Notes under the pieces: model-generated
The model's database searches: none
What the model saw: only the letters and a program-made list of their open reading frames with translations
Told to the model about the DNA's origin: nothing
Translations under genes and position numbers: made by a program
Origin: the human T2T-CHM13v2.0 reference genome, Homo sapiens
Length of the DNA stretch: 64,000 nt
Assembly: GCF_009914755.1 (NCBI RefSeq)
Contig: NC_060933.1
Strand: one strand, 5' to 3'
In this document: piece by piece, positions 26,063 to 40,829 of the stretch
Layout of the letters: each line of letters begins with the position of its first letter
Numbering within the stretch: position 1 is the first letter of the stretch

Positions 26063-28879
26063 TAAGCCAGTGGTTCAGAATTTTTTTGTGGGGGTTCATG
26101 GATCTCTGAGAGAATCCAATGAAGGCTAAGAGATTATCTCCCCAAGAAAACACAGCTTCTTAAGTAAAAAATGTGATATAATTTTAGGAAGTTCATGTAC
26201 TCTCTGAAGCACAGTCATCGAACTTCAACTTAAGACCTTCTGTTCACAGTTTTTGTCACTAATTACTAAATTACTCTACTGAGAACCATCCACAGGTGGG
26301 CTCTCTTTTCTTTGAACTACATCTGATTGAACTTCTATTTCACACCCTTGCTTGCTCCACAGAACTACTCATGGTGACAGCCAATAACAGTTATCCTGAT
26401 CACAATATCTCATCCTGTATCTATCAATCCATTTGTTCTCCCTCAAGGGAACAATCTACACACAACCCAACTCTGAGAAGCCTTTCTGAAAATGTATGTA
26501 GTCTAGTACCAAGATAAACCAAGAGCACCAGAAGTGAGGAACTGGCAGTCTCTAGCATCAATATTGAAAAAACCATAAGGCAATAGCTTACAGACAAAGG
26601 AGTTCATTAGCAGTGTTGCATGCTGGAAGAATATTGGCACATCTATTCAATTCCTCAGTCTCAATATAGAAGAAGTAAAAACATGTGTACCAAACAATGG
26701 AGTGTATGTGGACATTGTAAGCACTTTTACAGCAGGGCTATGCCTATGCATCTATTTAGCCCCCGTGGTGCCTTGCACATTGTAGGAACCTAATGAGTAA
26801 TAAAGAAATGGATGAATTAAGCCAGTTTATAAAAACAAAAGTCATTATTTTATAAATGGTTTAGGCTTCCTGGGAGCAACGTGATAGTTTATGTTCCACT
26901 CCAGAAAAAGACAATTATTTGTAGAGAATACTCCCTGTGTTTCTGTAACTCTGATTTCATATTAATGTGCTCACAAAACATATATCAAAGGTCTACTTGG
27001 TGGGAGGCCTGCCAACTTATTAGCACCATTTATTGTCCTGAAAGAAAGCACTCGCAGACGTCATTTAATGAGGACATGGCATGTTTTGACCAATTCCTGA
27101 ATAATAAGAAAAACCTATCTTCACACAAAATGAGAATACTCCAGTCAGCATGATCACTGATCTAATGCTAATTTTACAGTTCTTCATTACTGCCTTCATA
27201 GCTGCTGTATGAACAGTGGGTGGCATCTACAAAAGCTGATTAATGCTGGGATTTAAATTGCTGAAAATTGAAGGAATGTGCCCCATGCTGACAATTTGTT
27301 AATCAAAAATTGTCATTTTTACCACTGTGCAAGCTTTAGCCCATTTTATAAAAGCCATGTACATTTCCTCCCAGACGCGTTATAAATTCCCCCCTCAATA
27401 AGACTGAATTATTTTTCCTAACAGTTGAAAGGTTTTATGGATTCATAAGAGGCTGAATCTCTCTAACTCCAATGAATCAACTTCTGAAGTGGAAGAAACA
27501 TATCACTTCAGTTCCCATTTTCCAATTTTTGTATCAATTTGTGTGCTAAGAATGTACAGATCCATGCTGATACTCAACTCTTATAAGTTTATCAAAAAAA
27601 CATTTTATTACTTAAACAATCATATTTTTGAAGAAAATTAAATGACCAAAACTCCTGTTGTATTCATTTTTAGTAGGTAGCATTATTAAAGCCTCAGAGC
27701 AATTAGCATGCTTCAGCCTATGCAAAGCGGCCCTTTCAAATGAAAAGATGATGACCAGCAAAGCGACCATATTTTGGAACCAAAGAAACTCAAAAGAATA
27801 TGAGGCAGACATTAGTTCCTGTCGTCCCTAAACCACAGGGGACATGGAACAAACTTTCCTAGTGGTTCTTATCACCCCTTCCCAATTGGCTTGAGGTCAA
27901 GCAGGCACTTCCCTCTCCCTTCAGAGTATACCAATAATTTATTTTTTAAAAAACCCCTTCTCCCAATTCTTCAACCTCCACATCCTGTCATATGGGCTGA
28001 GAATAGATGTTTGCCAAGAGCTGGCAAACCTAATATTATAATCTCTTGGCATGGCCTATTTGGATGGTCTAGCACCTTAACTTAGAATGAAAAGGTGGGG
28101 ACTTGTTTCAAACTTTATATTTGAAGGGCACCACAGAAGACAAGCTATGAGGCCCAGAGTGTGCACAAAGAGGAGAGTCAGAAGAGATAGAGCCAAGGCC
28201 TTAAACAGATTCTTCAGCGAAAGAATAAACCATGTTCACCCCAAAAAGGGAGGCAGAGTAGAAATTGCCTGTCTTCCCTGACCTGATTACTCACAATCAG
28301 TAGCTGGCTCTCATGCTGTTGGTGGCCTAAATTTATACCACCTGTTTGTTCTGAAAAGCCCCAAGAATTTCTTTCACAGTAATTCTGGGTTAGTTGTGTT
28401 CCAGGAATCAGGAAAAAGAAAAAACCAATCCCCACTAGAGAAATGTACATTCACCCAGTTCTCCAGGCATTCCCAAAAGAAACATCAAACATGAATTTAC
28501 ATGAAAAAAAAATCACAAACCACATGACACCATAAGCAAGAACTGTGAGAAACAACCAGCAGCAGATTCAGATGCATAAAGCCTGCAGATGCTGGAATTT
28601 TTAGATGCAGAATATAAGATAAGAATGCACAATGTCACTAAAGAAATAACAGTATTGAAGTACGAGCAAATAATAAGAAACAATCAAACTTGGTTAGGCA
28701 GATTTAGGGGGCAAAAAGAAAACTTCTAAGAAAACAGTGTAATAACATTTAAAACTCAATTGATAGATTAAACGGCAAATTGCATGCAATGAAATACTTA
28801 ATGAAACAAAAATAAATCTGAAGACAATGTGCAGGATTCAGATGCTGACAAGACATCAATTCTTCCAAAAATAAATACA

Positions 28880-29228
28880 AGAGAGTAGAAGGGTGGTTAC
28901 CAGGGTTTGAGAGAGTGGAAAAAATGGAAAGATGTTCTTCAAAGGGTATAAACTTTCAGTTTTAGGTGAGTAAGTTTCGGAGGCCTAAAATATAGCATGG
29001 TACTATAGTTTAATAATAATATACTGTACACCTGAAATTTTCTAAGAAAGTAGATTTTCAGTATTCTCATCACAAAAAAACAAGTAACTGTGAGGCGATG
29101 AACATGTTTATGAGCTTGATTGTGGTAATTATTTCATAATATATTCATATATCAAAACATAACATTGTTCACCTTAAATATATACAATTTTTATTTGTCA
29201 ATTATACCTCAATAAAGTTAGGAAAAAA
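28880..29228 (+). mobile_element. L1MA/MB 3' end fragment
   Basis: gagagtagaagggtggttaccaggg..ttatacctcaataaagttagg; approximate TSD aataaatacaa / aatacatacaa. Confidence 0.8.
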
Positions 29229-29968
29229 GAATACATACAATTGTCATTTTTTTTTGTGCATTTCTGGTTTCCGAATATAATATCTTAAGAGTTAGTTGAG
29301 AAAATAACATTGAAAAACAGAAAAAAATGGATGAATATGTAAATAATTTTAGGGTATCAAAGCCTTTTAAACTAAAAACAATGGAAGAAAGCATAAAGGA
29401 GATTAATAAATAACAAATTTTGTAATTCTGAACATAAATTTCTTAACTATAAATGACAAAATTAAATAATACTTGTAATAGCTGTAATAGAGGCTAATAT
29501 TCTCTATACTAAGAGCTCTTAAATAAAACAGATATTTAAATATGAAAAGAATATGAACATGTATTTGAAGAGTAGAGGCAAATAATCGAACTTATGATAA
29601 ATAAATGTATTAATAAATGTTCAACTTTGCTATTAAAGAGCAGCAGCAAAGCAAACATAATATATAATTAAATCTATCAAATAAGCAGATTCTTATTTAA
29701 AATTATATATAATAATGTAATAATGCTAGCAAATGAGATCATATTGACACTTTCACATTCTGGTGAAGTAAATGTTTTACTACTTTCTAGAAAGCTATTT
29801 TACAATATATATGTTCATGTCTGTTAATCCAGTAATTATACCTCTAAGACTCTATCTTAAGATTTTTCATCCTATTACATATAAAAGTAAACATTTAGAA
29901 ACCATACAAATATCCGTTAGTGAATTGGCACATTCATTTCATGTAACCTTTAAAAAGCATGTTTTAAG

Positions 29969-30266
<298 letters not shown>

Positions 30267-30647
30267 GTATGTTTTAAAAGGATATTTAGCTGAGAATAAA
30301 TCAGAAGTGATCAATTGTGAATATGCTGTCAATGCAGTTAATGAAAAAAAAGATACAAAACTCTATACTTGGGATGCTAATTTTGGGTTTTTTTGTTTTT
30401 TGTTTTTTTAATTTCCACACATAGAGAAAAGACAATGGAGATACAAAGATGTAAACTGTGTTTATCACTAGGTGGTAGAATTATGGGCAATTTAAAACCT
30501 TTTTTCTGTAATTCTGTAGATTCTAATTTAAAAAATTGTTTTTATAGTTTAAAAAACACTGTATTTAAAATTTCTATTGTTTTAAAAGTCAATTTTCAAC
30601 ACACATATAAGAAATAAAATAAGATAAAATATTGATATCATAACCTG

Positions 30648-32811
30648 TGTTGCAGGAAGTCAGGGACCCTGAACGGAGGGACCGACTGGAGCCGAGGCAG
30701 AAGAACATAAATTGTGACCATTTCATGGACAGTTATCAGTTCCCAAAATTAATACTTTTATAATTTCTTATGCCTGTCTTTACTGCAATCTCTGAACATA
30801 AATTGTGAAGATTTCATGGACATTTATCACTTCCCTAATAATACTCTTATAATTTCTTATGCCTGTCTTTACTTTAATCTCTTAATCACGTTATCTTCAT
30901 AAGGTGAGAATGTACGTCACCTCAGGACCACTATTGCACAAATTGATTGTAAAACATGTGTGTTTGAACAATATGAAATCAGTGCACCTTAAAAAAGAAC
31001 AGAATAACAGTGATTTTCAGGGAACAAGGGAAGATAACCATAAGGTCTGACTGTCTGCGGGGTCTGGCAGAATAGAGCCATACTTTTCTTCTTGCAGAAA
31101 GCTTATAAATGGATGTGTGAGTAGCAGAGATATTGCTGAATTCTTTTCCCAGCAAGGAATAACCCTGGGGAAGGAATGCATTCCTTGGGGGAGGTCTATA
31201 GATGGCCGCGCTGGGAGTGTCTGTCTTATGCGGTTGAGATAAGGACTGAAATACACCCTGGTCTCCTGCAGTAGCCTCAGGCTTACTAGGATTGGGAAAT
31301 TCAAACCTGGTAAATTCTAGTCAGACCGGTTCTCTGCTCTTGAACCCTGTTTCCTGTTAAGATGTTTATCAAGACAATACGTGCACAGTGGGACACAGAC
31401 CCTCATCAGTAATTCTAACTTTGCCTTCACCTTGTGATCTTTATTGCCCTTTGAAGCATGTGATCCTTGTTACCTACTCCCTGTTTGTACACCCCCTCTC
31501 CTTTTAAAATCCCTAATAAAAACTTGCTGGTTTTGTGGCTCAGGGTCATCATCACAGTCCTACCAATACATGACATCACCCCTAGAGACCCAGCTGTAAA
31601 ATTTCTCTCTTTGTACTCTTTATTTCTTAGACCGGCCAACACTTAGGGTGTTGTGGGAAGTCAAGGACCCCGAATGGAGGGACCAGCTGAAGCCATGGCA
31701 GAAGAACATAAATTGTGAAGATTTCGTGGACATTTATTAGTTCCCCAAATTAATACTTTTATAATTTCTTACGCCTGTCTTTACTGCAATCTCTGAACAT
31801 AAATTGTGAAGATTTCATGGACACTTATCACTTCCCCAATCAATACCCTTGTGATTTCCTATGCCTGTCTTTGCTCTAATCTTAATCCCGTCAACTTCGT
31901 AAGCAGAGGAGGATGTATGTCACCTCAGGACCCTGTGATGATTGCATTAACTGCACAAGTGTTTGTGGAGCATGTGTGTTTGAACAATATGAAATCTGGG
32001 CACCTTGAAAAAAGAACAGGATAACAGCAATGTTCAGGGAACAAGAGAGAGAACCTTAAACTCTGACTGCTGGTGAGCTGGGCGGAACAGAGCCATATTT
32101 CTCTTCTTTCAAAAGCAACTGGGAAAAATATCGCTGACTTCTTTTTCTCAACAAGGAACATCCCTGAGAAACAGAATGCATCCCTGAGGGTAGGCCTCTG
32201 AAATGGCCACTTTGGGGGTGGCTGTCTTTTATGGTCACAGCGGTGGGATGAAATAAGCCCCGGTCTCCTGTAGCACTCCCAGGCTTATTAGGACAAAGAA
32301 ATTCCCGCCTAATAAATTTTGGTCAGACCGGTTGTCTGTTCTCAAACCCTGCCTCCTAATAAGATGTTATCAGTGACAATGTGTGCCTGAAACTTCATTA
32401 GCAATTTAAATTTCACCACGGTCCTGTGGTCCTGTGATCTCACCCTGCCTCCATTTACCTTGTGATATCTTATTACCTTGTGAAGAATGTGATCTCTGTG
32501 ACCCACATCCTATTCATACACTCCCTCCCCTTTTGAAAATCACTAATAAAAACTTGCTGGTTTTACGGCTTGGGGGACATCACGGAACCTGCCGACATGT
32601 GATGTCTCCCCCAGACACCCAGCTTTAAAATTTCTCTCTTTGTACTCTGTCCTTTTATTTCTCAAACCGGCCAACACTTAGGGAAAATAGAAAAGAGCCT
32701 ACGTGAAATATCGGGGGTGAATTTCACCCGATATCTAGCTGAATTTCCCCTGATATTAGGAAAAATAGAAAAGAACCTATGTTGAAATATTGGGGGTTGG
32801 TTCCCCCAATA
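30648..32811 (+). mobile_element. Outer MER11 (HERV-K11/HML-8) solo LTR, split into 30648-31648 and 32756-32811
   Basis: tgttgcaggaagtcagggacc start, ggttcccccaata end; 6-bp TSD aacctg (30642-30647 / 32812-32817). Confidence 0.9.
31649..32755 (+). mobile_element. Inner MER11 solo LTR nested in the outer MER11
   Basis: tgttgtgggaagtcaaggacc start, gaatttcccctgata end; TSD ttaggg (31643-31648) / ttagga (32756-32761). Confidence 0.9.
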
Positions 32812-35800
32812 AACCTGATATCTAGATAGTAAAGAATGTTATCCTAAAGTTAATGAATAAAATTTGTTACAAAAACCAATATATCTTCAAGGGAACTTGA
32901 ACACAAAATTTACTTGAAAAAATACAAAAGCTAACATATGGATAAATATAAAACCAAGTAATCAAAGATAAGAGTATCAAAGCAATCATGCAACAACACA
33001 ACATTTTTTCCTACTCAAATCATTGAAGTTCACTTTGTCTCCACTGGTCAATTTCCCATCCAACAACAGAAGAGCAGCCACTGGCAAGGGTGTGATAAAT
33101 GGGCATTTTCTTCTCTTCCATTCATGATGAAATACAAATTAATTCAGTCTTTGAGAACACTTGAATATGTGAATCAAGATTTTAATTTGCCCCCTCTTCC
33201 CCACCAACCACTCCCCATTAGAACTAGAAATCTACTTTGGAAATCTAGCCTAAATACATAGTCATAAAAAGGGAGATGCAAATCTCTGTGCAAAAACAAA
33301 CAAACAAGCAAAAAGTATTACTGAGACAGCATTTACTTTAAAATATTGGAAATAACTAAATGTTCAAAATTTAAGAACTAGCTATAAATACTGCTAATAT
33401 TAAAATTATGCTGAGTTTTCAATAATGAGGAAAATATTTGCTAAATTGCTAAAAAAAAAAGCTACAACTATTTTTTAAAACCTATGCATTAAAAATAATT
33501 AAAACCATGTCTATCTAAATAGTAACAGTTTTAACAAAGAAATAGAAAAAGTATACCATGCCTTTTTTGAACCAAAGCATTGGCATTAGTATTCCAAAGT
33601 TAATGTAGTGGAGATTTGAAACCATGGCTACAGGGATTCTTGGAACTCCCTGCCAAGGCTTCATTTCCAGTTTTATCATTCCATTTAATGTTGACTTATG
33701 TCAAAATTCTTCAAGAACCAGGATTCAAAAGATTCAAGATAATTTGGAGAAACCACAACTTGGTTGCCAATTTATTTAAGAAATGTTGGCTTTCTTCATT
33801 TACTTGTATACTTTGCCAGTCAGAATTCAATTTGATGAGGTCTTTATTGGCCAGCTGCATCGTTTTTATGACATGGGCCACACTCCTTGGTGATTTTTTT
33901 TCTACCAAATAAGCTATTATGCAATTCACAGGCTATTCACTTTGGGAGGATTCATGGTGTTTCCCCAAATTATTTCTTGCATTGTGCCAAATCCTGCAAA
34001 CATATAAGGTATTCTTGCTTTATACCTTGGTTTAGGAGACAGGGTTATCTTTATAGAAATACTGGGAATGAACAGTATGAGCTACAGGGATTCAGAGAAG
34101 GGTATAATCAAAGTAGGCTGTAAGAAAACAAAGTAGTATTTATCGAGCACATGCTCAGTACTAGTCACTAGAGGTTTTATATACATTCTCTCTTTGAATT
34201 TTCACAACAGCTCTCCCTGACCATCATGGCCCACACTTTATAAATAAGTTATCTGAGGCTCAGAAAATACACAAATTTCTCAAATTCAAATAATGAACAG
34301 GTTTATGTGATTCCCACTTTTTTTTCTGTAACTCAAACATGGCTTCAAAGATAAGGATTTGGGGGAAAAATCATTAATATGTCATAATAGGTAAAGAATA
34401 GGCATTCTGTAAGCAAATTATAATCTATTCAACACCTCTTCCTTGTAACAAGTTGACCAATTACTTTCGTTCATCTAGCAGAATATTTTTCTTCTTATAA
34501 AGTAGAAAGTCTAAGGCATCAAACTAACCAGTCTTAAGCAAGTATCTAGGGTATCCCAAGCTACTCCTCAGCAACACAGTATCAACTTACTTCTATGCCT
34601 TATGACATAAAAATTATAAGGAAGAGAGTCGATTGAAGTAAGGACAATTCAAACTAATTCTTGAGAATAAACCAACTTTCAACTCATGTTGGGGCCATCA
34701 TTTGCTTTGTTTTTAAAGTATCATCACAAGTAGTATATTATTCAATTAGATTTTCCCAGACTGATAGCCTTGGGGAAATGTATTTTAAAACAAACAAAAA
34801 GTGGAAGAGAAGATGGCAGCCTCTCTCTACAGGGAGTTAGTTATAGAGGTACAATGGGGACAAAGTTCTGTTTGTCCAGGTGTTGTTTATGCATAGAGCC
34901 TATACGTTGGTCTCCACCATGGCCAAAATGACTCCTTTTGGATTGTCCACAAATTAGAAGCTGACTCAAATTAGATGAATGAAAATCTTTCAACCTCAGG
35001 ATCATTCCACCTCAGAAATACAAAAGAAGCCCACATTGCTTTCCATTAAGGTTCTTTCTAGATGTTTCCTGCTGAGCGTGGGAACAATAGCTGCTGCTCT
35101 GGCACCAGACATGGGTCTCTAATGCCACCTTATCTGAAGATTTCTTAAACCCCAGCCTGATAAGCCTTCAGGTTAAGAAGTCAAATCTCATCAGTCTTTT
35201 GTGAATCCTGTATGTGTAGAGTGACTTCATGAAGGTGCCATCTGCTAGTGATCATCCTACCTTAGTGGGTGAATACATTTTTCCCCAAAATGTGGGAGAA
35301 TGATAACTCCTGAAGATACAGTCATTTAATGATCTTTCCATAATGGTGCAGTAAATGCATGGTATTAACTTTTTCAGCCCAAGACAGTGGAAATCAAATC
35401 ATGTTGGGGAAAGTCTGCAGTTATTTGTGATTTGCTTTTCTCTATGATAAATGTGCTGCAGAACTGGAGGAGGTGGCAGAAATGTTTTCAACATGTTTGC
35501 TTCAAGTTTGGCTATTCTTGAAACTGGAAGGTCTAACTTCTGTAATTTTCTGCTTGTTAGTAGATCACTTAATGTCTCTGGGCCTCAGTTTACTCAACTG
35601 ACAAATGTGGATGATGCCTACTCCAAAGGGTGCTTAATAAAATACCAAATAATGTAATACAAATAAGATATAAGAATCCATTCTATAGGCTGATAGGTGA
35701 TGCATAAATGTAAAGTAACATGTAAATGAGAAGTTTAACATTATTACCTGGTTCCGTGCTTTTTAACTAAAGCTTTAATGGCTTTGTCTATAGTCTGGCA

Positions 35801-36556
35801 TCCATTAATGGAGAGTCCTTGAAGGCTGAAAGTTTAAAAAAAAAAAGTTATATCACAGTAATATTTTCCTTTAAAAAGAAGGACTTTATACCCAAAACTT
35901 GCAGTTCATTAGTTATTCAAATAGCCTCAAAAATAATTAAAGAGGGATTTTGTTTTGGTAAATAATCCAGTTTAATTTTGGTTTATGGATCAACTTTCGG
36001 ATGAAGGGGTCAATAAGTCAGGCATAAATCCATATTTTTTATTTCTCGTATTTCTTTCCTGTTGCTTTGATTTTTTTTGCTTGCATAGAAAACATATTTT
36101 CATTTCAAATTATTTTATCAGGTTTTAGTTGTATCCATATGGTTGTGTCCATATGAGATATGCAGGGATATGGCTGCATGAAGGATATGGAATATTCCTG
36201 GGTGTGGTCATTTAAAGTATAGTTTCCATCATCACCACCAAGTTACTAAGCCATATAGTTTCTTATGGGAGATAAAATAAGAAAAGCATACAATGACATT
36301 AGGATCATTATAGAGATTACCTTTGCTTATCACTAAGCCAAGCTCCAGCTAAAACTTGACAAATGAAATATGAGTTTTACCTAACATTTGATTTTAGATT
36401 TATCACCAAATATAATAGGACATAAAAGCCACAGTGCTTTTGCTATGACACATTGGGTCCCATTGGATGCACAAAATCAGAAAAGCTGAAATAGCATCCT
36501 ACGTCTTACAAAATTATATCAGCAGTAAAAAATCTTTGTAAAAAGAAGACACTCAA

Positions 36557-36884
<328 letters not shown>

Positions 36885-37222
36885 CAAGAAAGCTCAATTT
36901 TAAAAGGCTGAAACTTTACTAAAAATTGGATTTGTTTCAATACAAAGTCCTTGCTTTAAAACATCCTATAAGGAAACTTTTCACATTGAAAAGCTTTATC
37001 AGAGGACCCTTAATAAAGTAATGTGCTTTACCAATGGTTATCCTACATGATGGCTTGGTGCAGGGGAAGAAAGCTGAAGCAACAGCTCTGGTCTGAAGAC
37101 TTCCCCTCCACATCAAGTACACCACTGGCAATTTTGAAGCAAGCCATGGAGGAGTTGGCAGCTGCACCACTCTCTTTACACAGACAACAGGACAAAATTA
37201 TTGATATCTCTCAGTGCAGCCA

Positions 37223-37384
37223 TGATATGGTTTGGCTCTGTGTCCCCACCCAAATCTCACTTTGTAGCTCCCATAATTCCCAAGTGCTATGGGAGGGACC
37301 CAGTGGGAGATGATTGAATCATGGGGACAAATCTTTCCCGTGCTGTTCTTATGATAGTGAATGGGTCTCATGAGATCTGATAGT
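37223..37384 (+). mobile_element. THE1 (THE1A-like) LTR, 5' half only
   Basis: tgatatggtttggctctgtgtccccacccaaatctc ... tctcatgagatctgatag, then abrupt loss of similarity. Confidence 0.85.
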
Positions 37385-37869
37385 AGCTATTTCCTGGTTT
37401 TCATCTGTTTTGTAGATGTAGACACCTTCAAAGACAAACTTCACCTTTTAAAAATGTGATTAAAACCATTGAATATTCAAAACAATATTAAATGTATTTC
37501 CTACACAGTTCTTATGGACCCTGTGGACAAAGTTCTTTTGAAAGAAGAACGCGTGCTTGTAATATTTCACAACACATCTGATTTTGCTGCTTTGAAGGGA
37601 AAATCCACAGTGACTCATTGTTTTCTGCATTTGACATATATTGACATTTAAGATTCTGTTAACAAATCTGAAAGAAGCCTTGCCAACTGCTGGAGGAATT
37701 ATCTGTCATCAACTTCATCAGACCTAGGGGTTGGGCAGTCAGAGAGGAAGATGGAAAACTAAAACTGCTTTGGCCACAATCCTACTCCAGGAAAAAGTGA
37801 CTAGGGAAGGTCAATTGTGATATTGAGAGTGCTGTTCCACAAATGTTTGGTTTTTCTCTCTCTTTCTAA

Positions 37870-38189
37870 AAATGTGGTGGGATTGTAACTCCTCATCCCA
37901 TGGAGCTCATTGCTTTGGCCAAGAAATATAGTCAGTTGCTTTGTGATCTAGTGCCTGCCTCACCACATTCTATTTCCCTTCTTCCAAGACAGGTGTCAGT
38001 CATGGAATTTGCCTAGCCCTAGAATTTGCCAGCCATGGACCTGGGAGTAAGCTTAACAATGCTGTGGAATGAAGCCTCTAACCCATCCAAATGGACATGA
38101 GCAAGAAATAAACCTTTGTTCTTTCAGGCTACTAAGAATTGGAGGTTGTTCATTATCACAACATAATCCAGCTTTTCCTGACTGACACA
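37870..38189 (+). mobile_element. MaLR LTR (MLT1I/J-like)
   Basis: gagcaagaaataaacctttgtt..ggttgttcattatcacaacataatccagc..ctgactgacaca 3' end. Confidence 0.6.
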
Positions 38190-39030
38190 AAGATGATGCC
38201 AAATTTTCCTTACTAGAGGAAGTGTTTCTTCAAGTAGAAGTCTGAAGATAATCAGAAGTCTTTCAACTCAGATGACCCTTAAAATAAAAATGTAGATTGG
38301 TAATCACTTTGTTGATGCCATGGACAGTAACAGTGATAAAGACCCTGCCAGGATGACCTCATTCTTTTAAGAACAAAGGAAGGTGATACAGCATTAATTC
38401 AATGTAAGAGCCTTTGAGAAACCCGGAATTCCTTGATACATATCAACCACCATCTGATACGCAGACCTACTAGATTTCTGATTCCATTTATGCACCTCTA
38501 TAGGCCAGGGCTCAGCTCTCAGGTTTTGTTACCATTAGAACAAAATGGTCACAACCATTAAGTAGTTAAAGATGATGTTTGCATTCAAAATCTGCCTTCA
38601 TATTACAGTTGCTTTGGAGCAGATTTAATTTTTGCTTTCTATTTTAATTATATAATTTGTAGTTATTTCAGTTTGTCAAGGAGTGCAATTAAATCTTGTA
38701 TGAAAACTACAAGATAAATTATTTGTAAAGATTGGTTTATATTCTGTTTTTTCTGAAGAAAAAAATGTTCAAGGCAATATATCAACATATGTAAATATTT
38801 CACATTAATAATACACACGTAAGTATATCAGTTGACATATATAGATGGTGTGCATATATATAATATATATCTAGATATGTTTCTATGTATTGATATCTAT
38901 GACACAGATATCAATATGAAAGGTTTTAGGTATATGTTTAGTTGGCTCATTATAGGGAGGGAATCTATTGCTTTCATCTGATTCTCAAAAACATTGCTGC
39001 TCATTACATTTTAAGAAGCACTTCTCTAGA

Positions 39031-39233
39031 CCAGGGGTTAGCAAACCATGGCCCTTGAGATATGCAGCCTTCCATCTGATTCAAAAATTCACTAAAACGT
39101 AATTATGTTTCTTTATTTACATATTGTCTATGGCTGCTACAAAGGCAGAGTTGAGTAGTTATGACAGACTGTGTGGCCCCTGCAGCCTGAATTATTCCCC
39201 TGGCCCTTTACTGATAAAACACTCTGATCCCTG
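39031..39233. mobile_element. hAT-Charlie MITE (MER58A-like)
   Basis: caggggttagcaaacc ... tgatccctg termini after ctctagac; internal ggcagagttgagtagttatgacagac. Confidence 0.75.
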
Positions 39234-39439
39234 CTCTGGCTCATGCTCCATTTAGAAACCTGGCACTCTTGGTTGTGAACTGAGACTAAGAGAGCTGACG
39301 CTACAAAAACGATGACTCTATTAGAGCCAAACATCAAGTCAAAAAGAAAAGACCTCACTATTTTGTTTCTGCAGGAAACAGAACTAATGCAGAGAGCAAT
39401 GACTCTGAAATCCCATTATCTAGGTTCCCACAAGTTATC

Positions 39440-39625
39440 CCACTTACCATAGGTACGAAGTTAAGCAGGTCACTTGACATTACTGTGCCCAAGTTTTCTC
39501 ATTGTAAAATGAGGAAAATAATAAGAATACACACTTACATTGTAGAGTTGTTCTGGGGGTTAAAATAATTAATGCAGATACAGTATTTAGGAAGTGCCAT
39601 GTACATAATAAGAAGTGTTATTATT
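39440..39625 (+). mobile_element. MIR relic
   Basis: ccacttacca..aagcaggtcacttgac..tgtgcccaagttttctcattgtaaaatgagg core. Confidence 0.65.
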
Positions 39626-40523
39626 TTTAAAAACTTATTATCAATTATTGAATTGGGGGAAGGGAAGGGCAAATTTTGGTGAGGTGCCTTGTGGCTCCTT
39701 GTACAAGAGCCAGCACACCCACATCCGTGGCCCTGGACCAGCTCACGTCCACTACTGACAGTCAGCTGCAAAGGGCCCCAGCATGGAACAGGACCTTGTC
39801 CCCCATGAGCCCAGGACCCCTGCAGCTTTTCACGTTCAACTCCTGTGTGGTTAAAACCAAGCGAGCATTCATTAAAACTCTTTCAGGATCTCTTTGATCA
39901 GGGCATAATCAAAAGGCGATTTAGTAACTAATAACATAATGGGTGAGGCAGTGAGAGAAATCACCATAGAAGCCAACAGCTGAGGTGTAAGCAGCTCAGC
40001 CAAAGGAGGAGGGAGAAAATGACTGGAGCAATTAAAGCTAGTATATTTCTCTGTAGGCCAGCCAGTCTCCCTCCACGCCTGTGCACTGGCTCCCCCACTC
40101 CTTGTGAGGGCCTCAGATTGCGTGAGAGAGCGGGAGGTACCTCAAGAGCCATTATGGTGCTATAGGAGCTTGTCCAGACAGCCAGCCATTATGTAGCCAT
40201 TAAAAATTATATTTATAAAGAGCTTTTAATTAATTGAGAAAACAAGTAAAAATAATGACTACAAAATGTTTTATGTATTTTATCATCTCCATTATGTTTC
40301 TTAAACGTTATTTTAAAGAGCTCTTTAATAAATATGTATTAATTTTATAGCCTAAATAATGTTATTCACCAACAACACAAAACCAATTTATAGTGCACAA
40401 ACACAGCAGTGATTTCTTCTGGGGGACTGAGTGCGAAGAGATGAGTGGCAGCTATCTAGGTAGTGGCAATATTCTCTATCTGAATGGGGTGAGGTATATG
40501 CACTTGTCAAAACTCAACAAAGG

Positions 40524-40823
<300 letters not shown>

Positions 40824-40829
40824 GCAGCC

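Noticed and set aside
30700-31870. Repeated gaacataaattgtgaagatttcatggac blocks resembling a spaced repeat or CRISPR-like array
   Set aside because: Internal tandem duplication intrinsic to MER11, seen once in each LTR. The 'spacers' are homologous, and this is eukaryotic DNA.
30648-32811. Two-LTR provirus with deleted interior
   Set aside because: No PBS, internal sequence or PPT between the copies; the second LTR interrupts the first and has its own TSD.
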